This document shows positions 52,356 to 62,563 of a stretch of DNA of 64,000 nucleotides, one piece after another. The stretch is taken from the NCBI GenBank assembly GCA_965202625.1, contig CBDBBI010000010.1, forward strand, positions 352,001 to 416,000. Reading direction: 5' to 3'. Every line of letters begins with the position of its first letter. The first letter of the stretch is position 1. A program made the position numbers and the translations under genes. Under the pieces are notes generated by a model. It saw only the letters and a program-made list of their open reading frames with translations, searched no databases and was not told the origin of the DNA. This DNA is from a bacterium. GTDB lineage: Bacteria; UBA8248.

Positions 52356-53213
52356 ATGCCGTTTGAAGTGGTTGCCTTGAGTCCAGCCTTTTGGTTTTCC
52401 CTTTCAAGCATCATGACCAGAAGAGGGCTGGAGGGCAGTACGCCGCATACGGGGAGTCTGATTGTCCTCTTCATGCAGCTTTTCTTCTTCTCACTTTGCT
52501 TGGTGATGGTGGATTTTGACAACATATCGCTTTCGATCTACTGGCTTGCCTTTCTTGCAGCGGGGCTTTCCTCGCCTGCATTGGCTTTATTGTTTCTGTT
52601 TCGCTCCATCGAAAGAATCGGCGTGGCTCCCACAAGCGCCATCTCGAATACACATGCCATTTTGGGGGCGTTTTGGGCTTTCCTTCTCCTTGGGGAACGT
52701 CCACCCGTCGTGGTGTGGCTTGGCATCCTCTTTGTCGTGGCTGGGATTTCCTGGATGTCGAGCGGGGGAGGCCCGCTCGCAAGAGGGCGGGTGTTGCTCC
52801 TGCCCTTCATGTCCGCTGCTTGTTTTGGGTTCGCACATATGCTCAGAAAAGTGGGACTCGGTGGGATGGACTCGCTCGTTTTCGGGGGATTTTTGCAATC
52901 GCTCGCAGCGTGCACCATTGGGCCGCTGTTTTTAAAGGCGAGCGCGGGATGGCGTCCATTCGTGTTCAACAAACCATCGTGCAGGAATTTTTTCTGGGCA
53001 GGCCTTGCGATGTCGGCCGCTCAGTTGAGTTTGCTGGCCGCCCTGAGTATGGGGGAGGTCTCTCGCGTCTCGCCCTTGGTCGCGACGGTGCCACTTTTCA
53101 CGCTTGTGCTGGCGCCCTTGATTCTAGGGAACAGGGAAAAAATTACCTCGCGCATCGTCGTGGGCGCGCTTTTTACTGTCACCGGCGTGATTTTGGTGAC
53201 TTCGCTTCGGTAG
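52356..53213 (+). CDS. EamA/DMT family transporter
   Basis: About 10 TM helices in two repeats (LLGERP, LGNREKIT). Confidence 0.88.
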   Translation: MPFEVVALSPAFWFSLSSIMTRRGLEGSTPHTGSLIVLFMQLFFFSLCLVMVDFDNISLSIYWLAFLAAGLSSPALALLFLFRSIERIGVAPTSAISNTHAILGAFWAFLLLGERPPVVVWLGILFVVAGISWMSSGGGPLARGRVLLLPFMSAACFGFAHMLRKVGLGGMDSLVFGGFLQSLAACTIGPLFLKASAGWRPFVFNKPSCRNFFWAGLAMSAAQLSLLAALSMGEVSRVSPLVATVPLFTLVLAPLILGNREKITSRIVVGALFTVTGVILVTSLR

Positions 53214-53440
53214 GGACGAATTCATCTCGTCCATGACGCGCGAAAGATATCGCCAGCGTGTTTCCGAAGCTATAAAAAGTAGTTGACAGAATGTGCCGTG
53301 AGCGTTTATTCAGAACTTATGAGTGATTTAAGTAGTTGGGCCGATTCTCCTTGCGATTTCAGAGGCCGCGGGCGTGCCGCGAATCGGGCGCGTATCGCGT
53401 CTGAGAGTCCCCTCTTGATTCGCTCCAGGAGGATGGGGCG

Positions 53441-53797
53441 ATGAGGTCGTCTTCAGCCAAAAATCCTTCCGCTGCGTCTCGCGCCGGTGATATCCTCCGT
53501 CATATTTTTGGAAATCTCGAGTACGGCCTCAACTTTCGCATGTGGGATGGCTCGGCGTTGGCGGTGGGACAAGAAGTGCTCCCCGTCACCGTGGTTTTCA
53601 CGTCGCTTGCCTCTTTCAAGCGCGTTTTGCTCAATCCCCAAGCGGACGGCTTTGCGGAAGCATATTGCGACGGAGAAATCGAATTTGAGGGCGATTTGTT
53701 TGAAGGCATGAAAGTGGCCGATAGTCTTGATAAGATTCAACTGACGATGACGTATAAACTCACGTTCGCTTTGCGCATATGGAAGCTGTCTGAATGA
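53441..53797 (+). CDS. Stand-alone N-terminal domain of a cyclopropane-fatty-acid-synthase-like enzyme
   Basis: FRMWDGS and FAEAYCDGEIEFEGDL match the Cfa N-terminal domain pattern; AGGAGG RBS; ATGA overlap with the next gene. Confidence 0.7.
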   Translation: MRSSSAKNPSAASRAGDILRHIFGNLEYGLNFRMWDGSALAVGQEVLPVTVVFTSLASFKRVLLNPQADGFAEAYCDGEIEFEGDLFEGMKVADSLDKIQLTMTYKLTFALRIWKLSE

Positions 53798-54906
53798 GCA
53801 CTTGGGATGTTCTCATCGTTGGAGGCGGTCCGGGGGGCAGCACGGCTGGCTGGGAGTTGGCAAAGCGGGGCCGGCGCGTGCTGCTCCTTGACGCAGCGAC
53901 TTTTCCACGCGTGAAGCTTTGCGCGGGCTGGGTGACGAAGCAGGTCTTATCAGACCTTGAACTCGCGCCAAATGCATATCCTCATACGATACAGCCGTTT
54001 CAAAGCGTGTTCGTGGGCTATGACGACAAGCTCCTCGAGACGAAATGGAGCGAGCCTGCGAGTTATGGAATCGTCAGGAGCCAATTCGACTCCTATCTTC
54101 TGAGGCGCGCGCGGGAAGAGGGCGTTGAGGTGCAAGAGGGCGTGCGGATACGGGGCGTTGAGAAAACGTCTCGGGGAATGCAAGTGGATACCGGGGATGC
54201 GAAAATAGAGGCTTCTCTCGTCATTGGAGCGGGAGGACATACGTGTCCTGTCGCCAGAGCTTTTGGCGGCGTCTCGCAAAAAGAATCCGTTGTTTTGACG
54301 CAAGAGAGCGAAACGAACGTAGGAGCGGATACGTTGCGCTCCTTGGCGCCTAACTATGGCTTGCCCGAGTTGTTCGCGGAACCCGATTTCAAGGGTTACG
54401 CCTGGTATTTCACCAAGGGAGATTTTTTGAATATCGGCGTGGGCTGTATTGGCAAGCGACCGAGCGTTCATGAGCGACTGGAGACTCTGCTGGACAAATT
54501 TCGCCAAACGGGCAGGCTATCCGCGAAACTCGAACTGACGAAATTCCGCGGCCATGCCTATTCGATCTATCGTCGGCATCTTCGGAGGCCGGCGGGAGAC
54601 ACGTTCGTTTTGATTGGCGACGCTGCCGGACTGGCCAAGGATTTTAGTGGAGAGGGCATTGGTCCCGCCGTCCGTAGTGCGAAAATGGCGGCGGAAGCGG
54701 CGGATGCGTATTTAGAGACAGGGGAGAGTCTCTTTGCGTATGGCGAGGCGATTTCTGCGAAATATGGAAGCGGCGGGGAAGGTATGTTCGACAGGTTAAT
54801 TGACAAGGTTCCGGATAGTGTTCTTTTGGGTGTGGCCAGGTTTATTTGCGGCAATGCCTGGCTGAGGCGCCGATTGGTTTTAGAGGGTGCGTTCGGAATC
54901 GGTTAA
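53794..54906 (+). CDS. Geranylgeranyl-reductase-family FAD oxidoreductase
   Basis: DVLIVGGGPGG, FPRVKLCAG, RSQFD, GYAWYF and GDAAG...GEGI motifs. Confidence 0.85.
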   Translation: MSTWDVLIVGGGPGGSTAGWELAKRGRRVLLLDAATFPRVKLCAGWVTKQVLSDLELAPNAYPHTIQPFQSVFVGYDDKLLETKWSEPASYGIVRSQFDSYLLRRAREEGVEVQEGVRIRGVEKTSRGMQVDTGDAKIEASLVIGAGGHTCPVARAFGGVSQKESVVLTQESETNVGADTLRSLAPNYGLPELFAEPDFKGYAWYFTKGDFLNIGVGCIGKRPSVHERLETLLDKFRQTGRLSAKLELTKFRGHAYSIYRRHLRRPAGDTFVLIGDAAGLAKDFSGEGIGPAVRSAKMAAEAADAYLETGESLFAYGEAISAKYGSGGEGMFDRLIDKVPDSVLLGVARFICGNAWLRRRLVLEGAFGIG

Positions 54907-54925
54907 TCAAAGGTTTGAGGCGACA

Positions 54926-55843
54926 ATGGTGAAAGAGAGAACGAAAGATTTCGACGCCGAGGCGATATCGCATCACTACGATGTGTCCAATACGTTTTAC
55001 GAACAATTCCTCTGCGAAAACATGCTCTACACGTGTGCCTACTACCGTGAGCCCGACGGCGATCTCACCCAGGCCCAGCGTGACAAGATGGACCTTGTTT
55101 GCCAGAAACTCCGACTGTCCCCCGGAGATGATTATCTCGACATTGGCTGTGGGTGGGGCTCTTTAGCGATATGGGCGGCGAAGCGCTACGGCGTGAACGC
55201 AACCGGCGTGACGCTCTCGCGCGAGCAGGCGAAATGGGGCCAGGATTGGGTGCGTCGAGAGGGTCTCGAAGGTAGGTGCGAAATACATCACCTAGATTAC
55301 CGGGATTTTCCGGAGGAGAGGACTTTCAAGAAAATTTCCGCCATCGGAATCATTGAGCACATCGGCATTGCGAACTATCCGAGCTATTTCGCTTCCGTGA
55401 GGAAGCGTCTGCGCGATGGGGGTTTGTTCCTGAATCATGGAATTACGGCGAATAAATTTTGGAACCGCACGAGCCAATTTGACTTTCTGTTGCGCAACGT
55501 TTTTCCCAACGGCGAATTGGACAACATCTCTCATATTCAGGATGTGATGGAACTCGCGCGTTGGGAGATTCTGGACGTGGAGAGTCTAAGGCTTCACTAT
55601 GCGCGCACATGCAAGCAATGGTATGAGAAATTTGAAAAAAATACGCAAAGAATCAAAGAGTTAGTTGGTGAGCGCACCTATCGGATTTATCGAATCTGGC
55701 TTATTTGTTCGGCTAGCGCGTTTTTTTCAAATTCCTTGGGGCTCTATCAAGTTTTGGCGCAAAAATATAAAAGAACCTATTGTCAGGATGCCCCCACGAA
55801 TCGCGAGGATATATATAAAGCGCTTTTTGCCCTAGATGGTTAG
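54926..55843 (+). CDS. Cfa-family SAM-dependent lipid methyltransferase, catalytic domain only
   Basis: ISHHYDVSN, YTCAY, LDIGCGWG, TLSREQ, EHIG, LNHGI and HYART motifs. Confidence 0.9.
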   Translation: MVKERTKDFDAEAISHHYDVSNTFYEQFLCENMLYTCAYYREPDGDLTQAQRDKMDLVCQKLRLSPGDDYLDIGCGWGSLAIWAAKRYGVNATGVTLSREQAKWGQDWVRREGLEGRCEIHHLDYRDFPEERTFKKISAIGIIEHIGIANYPSYFASVRKRLRDGGLFLNHGITANKFWNRTSQFDFLLRNVFPNGELDNISHIQDVMELARWEILDVESLRLHYARTCKQWYEKFEKNTQRIKELVGERTYRIYRIWLICSASAFFSNSLGLYQVLAQKYKRTYCQDAPTNREDIYKALFALDG

Positions 55844-55867
55844 CTCTCGTTTGCGGAACCATGTGGC

Positions 55868-56860
55868 ATGAGTTCTCATAATTCCTTGGGTGTCCCCTCA
55901 TTCTCCCCCGCTTGGTATTGCTTGGGCCCTCACCTTCAAAGCGTATGGGGGTATTTTTTTCGAAAACATCCTCAAATCCCTTGGCGGCGGGAGCGTTGGG
56001 ACACGCCTGACGGCGATTTCCTCGACATTGATTTTCTGGATACGGGCGCGTCGGACGCTCCGACCTTGCTCGTTCTCCATGGGCTGGAAGGATCTTCCGG
56101 CTCGCATTACGTGCGCGGCACGGCCGAGAAGGCGAATGTGCTTGGCTGGAGGACGGCGGCATTGAACTTCCGCTCATGCAGCGGCGTCGAGAATCGAAAG
56201 CCTCGATTCTACCATTGCGGGGAGACGGGAGATTTGGATTTCGTGGTGAATCGCATTCTCGAGAGATTTCATGGGCCTCTGGCGTTGGTGGGATTCTCTC
56301 TCGGGGGGAGCGTCCTGTTGAAATGGCTGGGAGAACATGGAGAGACGGTTTCATCGCGGATATGTGGGGCTGTGGGAATTTCCGTCAGTTTCGCTCCTGC
56401 TGCGTGCGCTCGGGTTCTGGATTCCTTGCGAGGCTACTTGTTCAGATGGCATTTACTCACTATGGCAAAGCGAAAAGCCTATCGTCTTTACGAATCGTAC
56501 CCCCGACTCTTCGAGATAGACAAAGTGAGGGGTGCGCGGACTTTCCATGAATTCGATCGCCTGCTCATCGCGCCCTTGTATGGTTTTCGCGATGAGATAG
56601 ATTATTATGAAAAAGCCGACTCCTCCCCATATTTGCCCCGTGTGTGCGTGAGAACACTCATCCTCTCATCGGAGGATGACCCCATCGTTCCGTCCCATGT
56701 TTTTCCCCGAAAGCAAATAGAGGAATCGAGGTGGCTCAAGGGTATTTTGTTGAAAAAAGGGGGGCACGTGGGTTTTGTGTCGGGGCGGGACGTCCGCTCG
56801 CCGATTTACTGGGGTGAGAATCGCGCGCTGGAATTTCTGGAAACCTGCCTGAAATCATGA
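55868..56860 (+). CDS. YheT/ABHD-family alpha/beta hydrolase
   Basis: HGLEGSS, GFSLGG nucleophile elbow, DDP and GGHVGF motifs. Confidence 0.9.
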   Translation: MSSHNSLGVPSFSPAWYCLGPHLQSVWGYFFRKHPQIPWRRERWDTPDGDFLDIDFLDTGASDAPTLLVLHGLEGSSGSHYVRGTAEKANVLGWRTAALNFRSCSGVENRKPRFYHCGETGDLDFVVNRILERFHGPLALVGFSLGGSVLLKWLGEHGETVSSRICGAVGISVSFAPAACARVLDSLRGYLFRWHLLTMAKRKAYRLYESYPRLFEIDKVRGARTFHEFDRLLIAPLYGFRDEIDYYEKADSSPYLPRVCVRTLILSSEDDPIVPSHVFPRKQIEESRWLKGILLKKGGHVGFVSGRDVRSPIYWGENRALEFLETCLKS

Positions 56861-56909
56861 TTTGTGAAGCCCACGAGGGGAGCCAGAGGGGCTTTCGTCG
56901 TCGAGTGCG

Positions 56910-57983
56910 TTAAACTTTTCTGCTGTGCTCTCTCGCACCTAATCGCTTGTGGCGTTCTATCGCGCAGTGGATGAGCCGATCCAGCATTTCCGCGTAGGGG
57001 ACGCCAGTTGCCTGTATCATTCGGGGGTATCCGCTCAGTCGTGTGAACCCGGGGAGCGTGTTCACTTCGTTGATATAGATTTCACCCGTTTTTTCGCGGT
57101 AAAAGAAATCCACGCGGGCGAGTCCCGAACAACCTAAAACCCGGAACGCGCTCCGCGCGTAGGAGCGGGCATTATTGGCGACCGACTTTTCTAAGGGCGC
57201 GGGAATCCGCAATTCGGCGTGCCCTTCTTCGTATTTTGCCTCATAGTCGTACCAGCCGGATTTTGTCTTGATTTCCATGAGCGGGCTGGTGATGAGGCCG
57301 CTTGTCGATGGCCCCTCAAGCACGGCGCATTCCAGCTCTTGGCCCCGAGCGTGTTCTTCAATCAAGACTTTGTGGTCAAATCTTAGAGCGTCGCGCACGG
57401 CGTCATAGAGCTCCTGCGGGCTTTCCACCTGGTGAACGCCAACGCTGCTGCCTGAGGAGGAGGGTTTGACGAATAACGGATAGCCGATTTTGGATGCCGT
57501 TTCCTCCTGAATGGAATTTTGGTTCTTCTCCCATGTCTCTGCATACAAGGTAATCGCTGGCAAAACGGGCAGCCCCGCCGCGTGCAGAACCGCCTTGGCC
57601 ACAGCTTTGTCCATCGATATTGCGGATGACGCGCATCCAGAACCCACGAATGGAACCTCCGCCAACTCGAACAACCCTTGGAGGGTGCCGTCCTCCCCGA
57701 AAGCGCCGTGAATGATGGGAAAGAATACGGCGATATTGAGGCTTTCATTGTTCGAGGCGTATCGAAGTGCTTTTCCATTTGGAGTGCCTGAAAAAAGTAC
57801 CTCCTCACCCGCCTCGGCCGGCGCATTCTGGCTGGGAAGGGAGAACCATGCGCCTGATTTCGTGATGAATATGGGGTGGATGTCATATTTTTGGGGGTCC
57901 AACTCCGCCATAATGGCTTTGCCCGAGTTGAGGCTCACCTCGTGCTCCGTGGATCGGCCGCCGAATATCACGCCGACTTTCAT
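56910..57983 (-). CDS. ddl: D-alanine--D-alanine ligase
   Basis: GGRSTEHEVS, HGAFGEDG, GSSVG, YDYEAKY and NEVNTLPG motifs. Confidence 0.95.
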   Translation of the reverse strand: MKVGVIFGGRSTEHEVSLNSGKAIMAELDPQKYDIHPIFITKSGAWFSLPSQNAPAEAGEEVLFSGTPNGKALRYASNNESLNIAVFFPIIHGAFGEDGTLQGLFELAEVPFVGSGCASSAISMDKAVAKAVLHAAGLPVLPAITLYAETWEKNQNSIQEETASKIGYPLFVKPSSSGSSVGVHQVESPQELYDAVRDALRFDHKVLIEEHARGQELECAVLEGPSTSGLITSPLMEIKTKSGWYDYEAKYEEGHAELRIPAPLEKSVANNARSYARSAFRVLGCSGLARVDFFYREKTGEIYINEVNTLPGFTRLSGYPRMIQATGVPYAEMLDRLIHCAIERHKRLGAREHSRKV

Positions 57984-58057
57984 TTTGCCTGAGCATGGCC
58001 TCATAGTGGGAATATCCTGAGCGTGGACGATGTATGTGACCCTCTTTGATAGGGTAG

Positions 58058-58630
58058 TCAGCGTATCAGTTGCGAGAGGAATTTGAAGTCCCCCGTGCCG
58101 GCCACTTGCAGCAAGTCGAACAGTGCCTGTTCGGTCGTGGTGGGAACGGCACCGGCGCGTTCAAGGGTTAATAATCCTGTACGCCAGTTTAGCTTCGAGC
58201 GTGAGCAGAGCGCATCGGCCACCACATGAACGATAAAGCCGTTTTCCAATAAATCGAGTGCCGTTTGATAACAACAGACATGTGTCTCCGCTCCGGTGAG
58301 CAGTATTTTTGTTTTTCCAGATGCGCGCAGGCGCGGCAAAAATGTCTTCTCCCCGCAACAGCTGAACGAAATTTTTGCGATCGGTGAGAATCCGGGTATT
58401 GTCGTTTTGACTTCATCGACCGTGGGGCCGAGTCCCTTGGGGTATTGCTCGGTGACGAAAACTGGAAAATCAAGCCGAGCCGCCGCTCCGGCCAGTGTCT
58501 GAATACGAGCGATGACCTGGGCGCGAACGTTTTCTCTCATGGCGGCCATGAGTCTTTCTTGCGCGTCGACAACGAGCAATAGACATTCTTCTGGCCTCAG
58601 CCGAAATGCGTCAACGCTTGGGCTTGGCAT
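58058..58630 (-). CDS. Isochorismatase-family hydrolase (YcaC/ISOC-like)
   Basis: VDAQERL, TEQYPKGLG and GAETHVCCYQT motifs. Confidence 0.9.
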   Translation of the reverse strand: MPSPSVDAFRLRPEECLLLVVDAQERLMAAMRENVRAQVIARIQTLAGAAARLDFPVFVTEQYPKGLGPTVDEVKTTIPGFSPIAKISFSCCGEKTFLPRLRASGKTKILLTGAETHVCCYQTALDLLENGFIVHVVADALCSRSKLNWRTGLLTLERAGAVPTTTEQALFDLLQVAGTGDFKFLSQLIR

Positions 58631-58785
58631 ACGCTCTCCGCAACAGAAGGTATCCTGCAGGCGAGTATAGCGTTTCTACAGGGGCTTGAGGAATGGGCGT
58701 AAAGCCTTGATTCCCATATTTATGTAGGATAGCATCGCTCAGCAAAATCCTTAGCTATCGCCTATGTGCGCAAAAGGAGGAAACC

Positions 58786-59775
58786 ATGCATGGGAAGGCG
58801 AAAGTTGTCCTCACCGATTACGTTTGGGAATCTTTGGACGTGGAGAACAGGATTTTAGGAGATATGGCCGAGATTGTCGCCTTGCAGGCGAAGGCGCCAG
58901 CGGAATTTTTGTCCGAGGCTGCTGATTGTGACGCCATACTGAACACCTATGCCGGTCCGATCACGAAAGAGGATATGGCGAAAATGCCGAATTGCAAGAT
59001 TATCGCGAGATACGGCATTGGGGTGGATACGATCGACTTGGACGCCGCTACGGAGGCGGGCATCATCGTCACGAATAATCCTGCTTATTGCATTGAAGAG
59101 GTTGCGGAGCACACAATGGCACTCTTGCTCGCATCGGCGAGAAAGGTTGTTTTTTATGACAGGCAGGCGCGCGCGGGCAAATGGGAGGTGCCGCCAGGTA
59201 AGCCGATGTTCCGACTGACAGGCGCCACTCTTGGGCTTGTGGGTTTTGGGAATATCGCCCGGATGGTGGCCGCTCGCGCCGCCTCATTCGGAATGAACGT
59301 TTTATTTAGCGATCCTTTCGTGGAGGAGGGGCGGTTTGATGCGCCGGGCAAGCGGCTGGAACTGACCGAAACGCTTGCGCAGTCTGACTTTGTCTCCATT
59401 CACCCGCCGCTTATACCTCAAACGCGTGGAATGATGAACGATGAGGCTTTCTCACAGATGAAAAACACCGCTTTTCTCATCAATTGCTCTCGCGGACCCA
59501 TAGTTGACACAGACGCCCTAGTCCGCGCGTTGGATGCAGGCGAGATCGCCGGGTGCTCTCTGGATACAACCGACCCGGAACCTCTGCCCGATCCGCACCC
59601 TCTGCGTGGCCGTGAGAACGTGATCATCAACCCGCACGTAGCCTGGTACAGTGAGCAATCAATGGTAGGGCTCCAGCAGGGCGCACCCAATGAGGTCAGG
59701 CGCGTTTTGTTGGATGAATGGCCTGTGAACGTGGTAAATAAAGACGTTAGGGGAAGGAGCAGAATTGGCCTGTAG
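58786..59775 (+). CDS. D-2-hydroxyacid dehydrogenase, CtBP-like subgroup
   Basis: RYGIGVD, GFGNIA, NCSRG and PHVAWYS motifs. Confidence 0.9.
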   Translation: MHGKAKVVLTDYVWESLDVENRILGDMAEIVALQAKAPAEFLSEAADCDAILNTYAGPITKEDMAKMPNCKIIARYGIGVDTIDLDAATEAGIIVTNNPAYCIEEVAEHTMALLLASARKVVFYDRQARAGKWEVPPGKPMFRLTGATLGLVGFGNIARMVAARAASFGMNVLFSDPFVEEGRFDAPGKRLELTETLAQSDFVSIHPPLIPQTRGMMNDEAFSQMKNTAFLINCSRGPIVDTDALVRALDAGEIAGCSLDTTDPEPLPDPHPLRGRENVIINPHVAWYSEQSMVGLQQGAPNEVRRVLLDEWPVNVVNKDVRGRSRIGL

Positions 59776-60192
59776 CGACACGGAGCATGGAGGTTTTGAG
59801 AAAGTATGCGACAATGGAAGTCGCCTCTTCGCCATTACACAATTCGATATTTCATTGATAAATTGAGCTTTCGATAAACGTTGCTCTTGAGGGGAACGAA
59901 GTGCTTCGCCCGTGCGAACTATGGAGGAGGAGTTCGCCCCCGTGTATGTCCTTCATGGGTTCAGAAACAGGAGAAGAGAAACCCTCCTCTGGGTCTTGAC
60001 ATGAGGTGATTTCGCCCGTAATAAAGTCCATTAATTATGATGTTTCCATATGGTCTTGGCGTCCGACGAGATCATGCGTCGCCCATGGTAAAGTCGAATG
60101 AATAGGTTTCGTTGTTCGTAATTTTTATGAATCGTGTATCTGTGGAAAGGTGAATTCTCGGATGAGCGTGAGAACAGGAGCCTAACGTCCTC

Positions 60193-60747
60193 ATGGACAC
60201 TCGTTTGAAATCTCCTCAGGTGAAGTTGCCCGCTGATTATGAGGCAGAGGCGAAACAGAACAAAGGGTTTATCGACCGCAGACGGTTTATGAACTACACC
60301 GGATGGCTGGGTATCCTGGGCAGCCTCCAAATCGCGCTGCTGGGGTTTTTGAGATTTATGTTCCCGCGCGTTTTATTCGAACCCCCCACCGAATTCAAGG
60401 CGGGTAATCCCGGAGACTACGCTGTGGGCGTGGTGGATACCCGATATGTGAACAGTGAGCGCGTATGGATTATTCGAGAGCAGGAGGGGTTTTACGCGTT
60501 GAGTGCAATATGTACGCATTTGGGGTGTACTCCGAAATATCTGGGTTCTGAGGATAAGTTCAAGTGTCCGTGCCACGGAAGCGGATTTCGCAGGAGCGGC
60601 GTGAATTTTGAGGGTCCCGCTCCGAGGCCGCTAGAGAGGCTGAAAATCGGTCTGGCCGAGGACGGGCAGCTACTCATTGATAAGGGCAAAATTTTTCGCC
60701 ATGAAAAAGGGGAATGGGAGAATCCGAGCTCTTTTCTCTTTATCTAA
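60193..60747 (+). CDS. qcrA: Rieske Fe-S subunit of a cytochrome bc complex
   Basis: Tat-type DRRRFM plus TM helix; CTHLGC and CPCHGS boxes; GPAPRPL. Confidence 0.93.
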   Translation: MDTRLKSPQVKLPADYEAEAKQNKGFIDRRRFMNYTGWLGILGSLQIALLGFLRFMFPRVLFEPPTEFKAGNPGDYAVGVVDTRYVNSERVWIIREQEGFYALSAICTHLGCTPKYLGSEDKFKCPCHGSGFRRSGVNFEGPAPRPLERLKIGLAEDGQLLIDKGKIFRHEKGEWENPSSFLFI

Positions 60748-60789
60748 AGATTATCTGTTCGTTTGATGGCGAGCGGGTGGAGGTACTAG

Positions 60790-61578
60790 ATGTCCAGTTT
60801 GAAAGAACGCTTCAACCTAGAGCAGGTGAAAAGAAACGTTCTCGACTCCCAGGTGTGGAGATCGATGTTCCGGCATGGGTATGAAGATACTCCGAGGAAC
60901 CGTGTTCTCATGGTCGTGGATAATCTATGGCTGCACCTCCATCCCACGAAAATTAGGCGTCACGCCATTCGAATTCGTTTCACGTGGTGCATGGGTGGTG
61001 TGACGTTCTTGCTGTTCTTGTACCTTGTCGTCACCGGCGTTGTATTGATGTTTTACTATCGGCCAGTGGGCGAATACGCCTATGCCGACATTAAATTCCT
61101 AGAGTTTGACGCCCCCTTCGGCATGTTTATGCGCAACATGCATAGATGGGCGGCACACGCCATGGTCATCGCCGTGTGGCTGCACATGCTGCGCGTATTT
61201 ATGACGGGTTCCTACAAGCCGCCTCGTGAGTTCAACTGGGTGATCGGGGTGTTGTTGCTGACGCTCACCCTCTTGCTCAGCTTCACAGGCTATTTGCTTC
61301 CTTGGGATCAGTTGGCCATCTGGGCAGTTACGGTCGGAACCAACATGGCGCGTGCCACCCCCCTATTGGGGCATGAGGGCCCGTTTGCGGATATTGTGGG
61401 TGTTACACCCCGTTTTGACGCGCGCTCGGTTCTTCTCGGAGGAACCATCGTTGGCCCGCCCACGCTTCTGCGTTTCTACGTGCTACATTGCATTGTGGTT
61501 CCTTTAATAGCGTCGATTTTGATGATGGTGCATTTTTGGAGAATCCGCAAGGACGGGGGCATCTCCGGGCCTTTGTAA
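60790..61578 (+). CDS. qcrB: Cytochrome b6-like N-terminal subunit
   Basis: WCMGG heme ci Cys, [25 protein letters not shown] and YVLH...VHF motifs. Confidence 0.93.
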   Translation: MSSLKERFNLEQVKRNVLDSQVWRSMFRHGYEDTPRNRVLMVVDNLWLHLHPTKIRRHAIRIRFTWCMGGVTFLLFLYLVVTGVVLMFYYRPVGEYAYADIKFLEFDAPFGMFMRNMHRWAAHAMVIAVWLHMLRVFMTGSYKPPREFNWVIGVLLLTLTLLLSFTGYLLPWDQLAIWAVTVGTNMARATPLLGHEGPFADIVGVTPRFDARSVLLGGTIVGPPTLLRFYVLHCIVVPLIASILMMVHFWRIRKDGGISGPL

Positions 61579-61599
61579 ATTTCCGCACATTGAGGAAAG

Positions 61600-62388
61600 G
61601 TGAGGACATTGGCCAAGGAAGACAAGGTGGTCGGATCTGCCGACGACATGGCAAAAACGAGCTGGGAGCGGGTGAACGACAAGGTTCACGTGTGGCCCTA
61701 TCTAACGCGTCTGGAGTTTATGTGCGCAATCATCATCACGTTGTTTTTGGTGGTTTGGTCCATCGTTATCGACGCGCCGCTGGAGGAGCCGGCGAATCCT
61801 TCCGTCACGCCCAACCCGTCGAAAGCCCCATGGTATTTTTTGGGACTACAGGAGATGCTCGTGTATTTCGACCCTTGGATGGCGGGCGTCGTCCTCCCCA
61901 CGCTCATCATCGTGGGCTTGATGGCCATTCCCTATATTGACGTGAACCCCAAGGGGAACGGCTATTACACCTTTCATGAGCGCAGATTCGCCATCATCAC
62001 CTTCTTGTTCGGTTTTTTGGTCTTGTGGGTGTGGATGGTGGTGCAGGGGACTTTTCTGCGGGGTCCCGGCTGGAACTTCTTTATGCCCTGGGAGTATTGG
62101 GACCCCCATAAAGTCGTGGCGCTGACGAACGTAGATTTACCCTATATGATAGGCTTCAGAAGCTACTGGGGCCAAGCAGCGGCGGGCACTGCGATGGTCG
62201 TCCTTTGGTACGCCACCATTCCGGCATACTATATTTGGCGGCGAGATAGGATGGCGAATGTAGGTCTCGTCCGATATGGACTGAAAGCGTTTTTGTATAT
62301 GACGATGATGGGACTGGTCGCGAAAATGACGCTGCGCATCGGACTTAATGTGAAATACGTTCTTGTGACTCCATGGTTTAATATCTAG
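61600..62388 (+). CDS. Cytochrome b subunit IV-like protein
   Basis: VWP...EF and ANPSVTPNPSKAPWYFLGLQE (PWY variant of PEWY); extra C-terminal TM helices. Confidence 0.85.
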   Translation: MRTLAKEDKVVGSADDMAKTSWERVNDKVHVWPYLTRLEFMCAIIITLFLVVWSIVIDAPLEEPANPSVTPNPSKAPWYFLGLQEMLVYFDPWMAGVVLPTLIIVGLMAIPYIDVNPKGNGYYTFHERRFAIITFLFGFLVLWVWMVVQGTFLRGPGWNFFMPWEYWDPHKVVALTNVDLPYMIGFRSYWGQAAAGTAMVVLWYATIPAYYIWRRDRMANVGLVRYGLKAFLYMTMMGLVAKMTLRIGLNVKYVLVTPWFNI

Positions 62389-62563
62389 GGTTCACGGGGC
62401 TTCGGACGGAGAATATGGTTCAGGTTCAAGATAGGCAGAGAAAGCACCTGTGGTGGGATGCTTGCGGCGTAAAATTGGGTGCCGTCGCCCTGCTGATCGC
62501 GTCTGGAGTGATATGCCTCTTGGCCTAATGAGTTTGAAAACGTATCACCCCCTTTTGGGGAGG

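Noticed and set aside
59880-59945. Paired hairpins (GCGAACT...AGTTCGC) upstream of qcrA as a small RNA
   Set aside because: Stems are short with no family features; cannot be supported without covariance analysis
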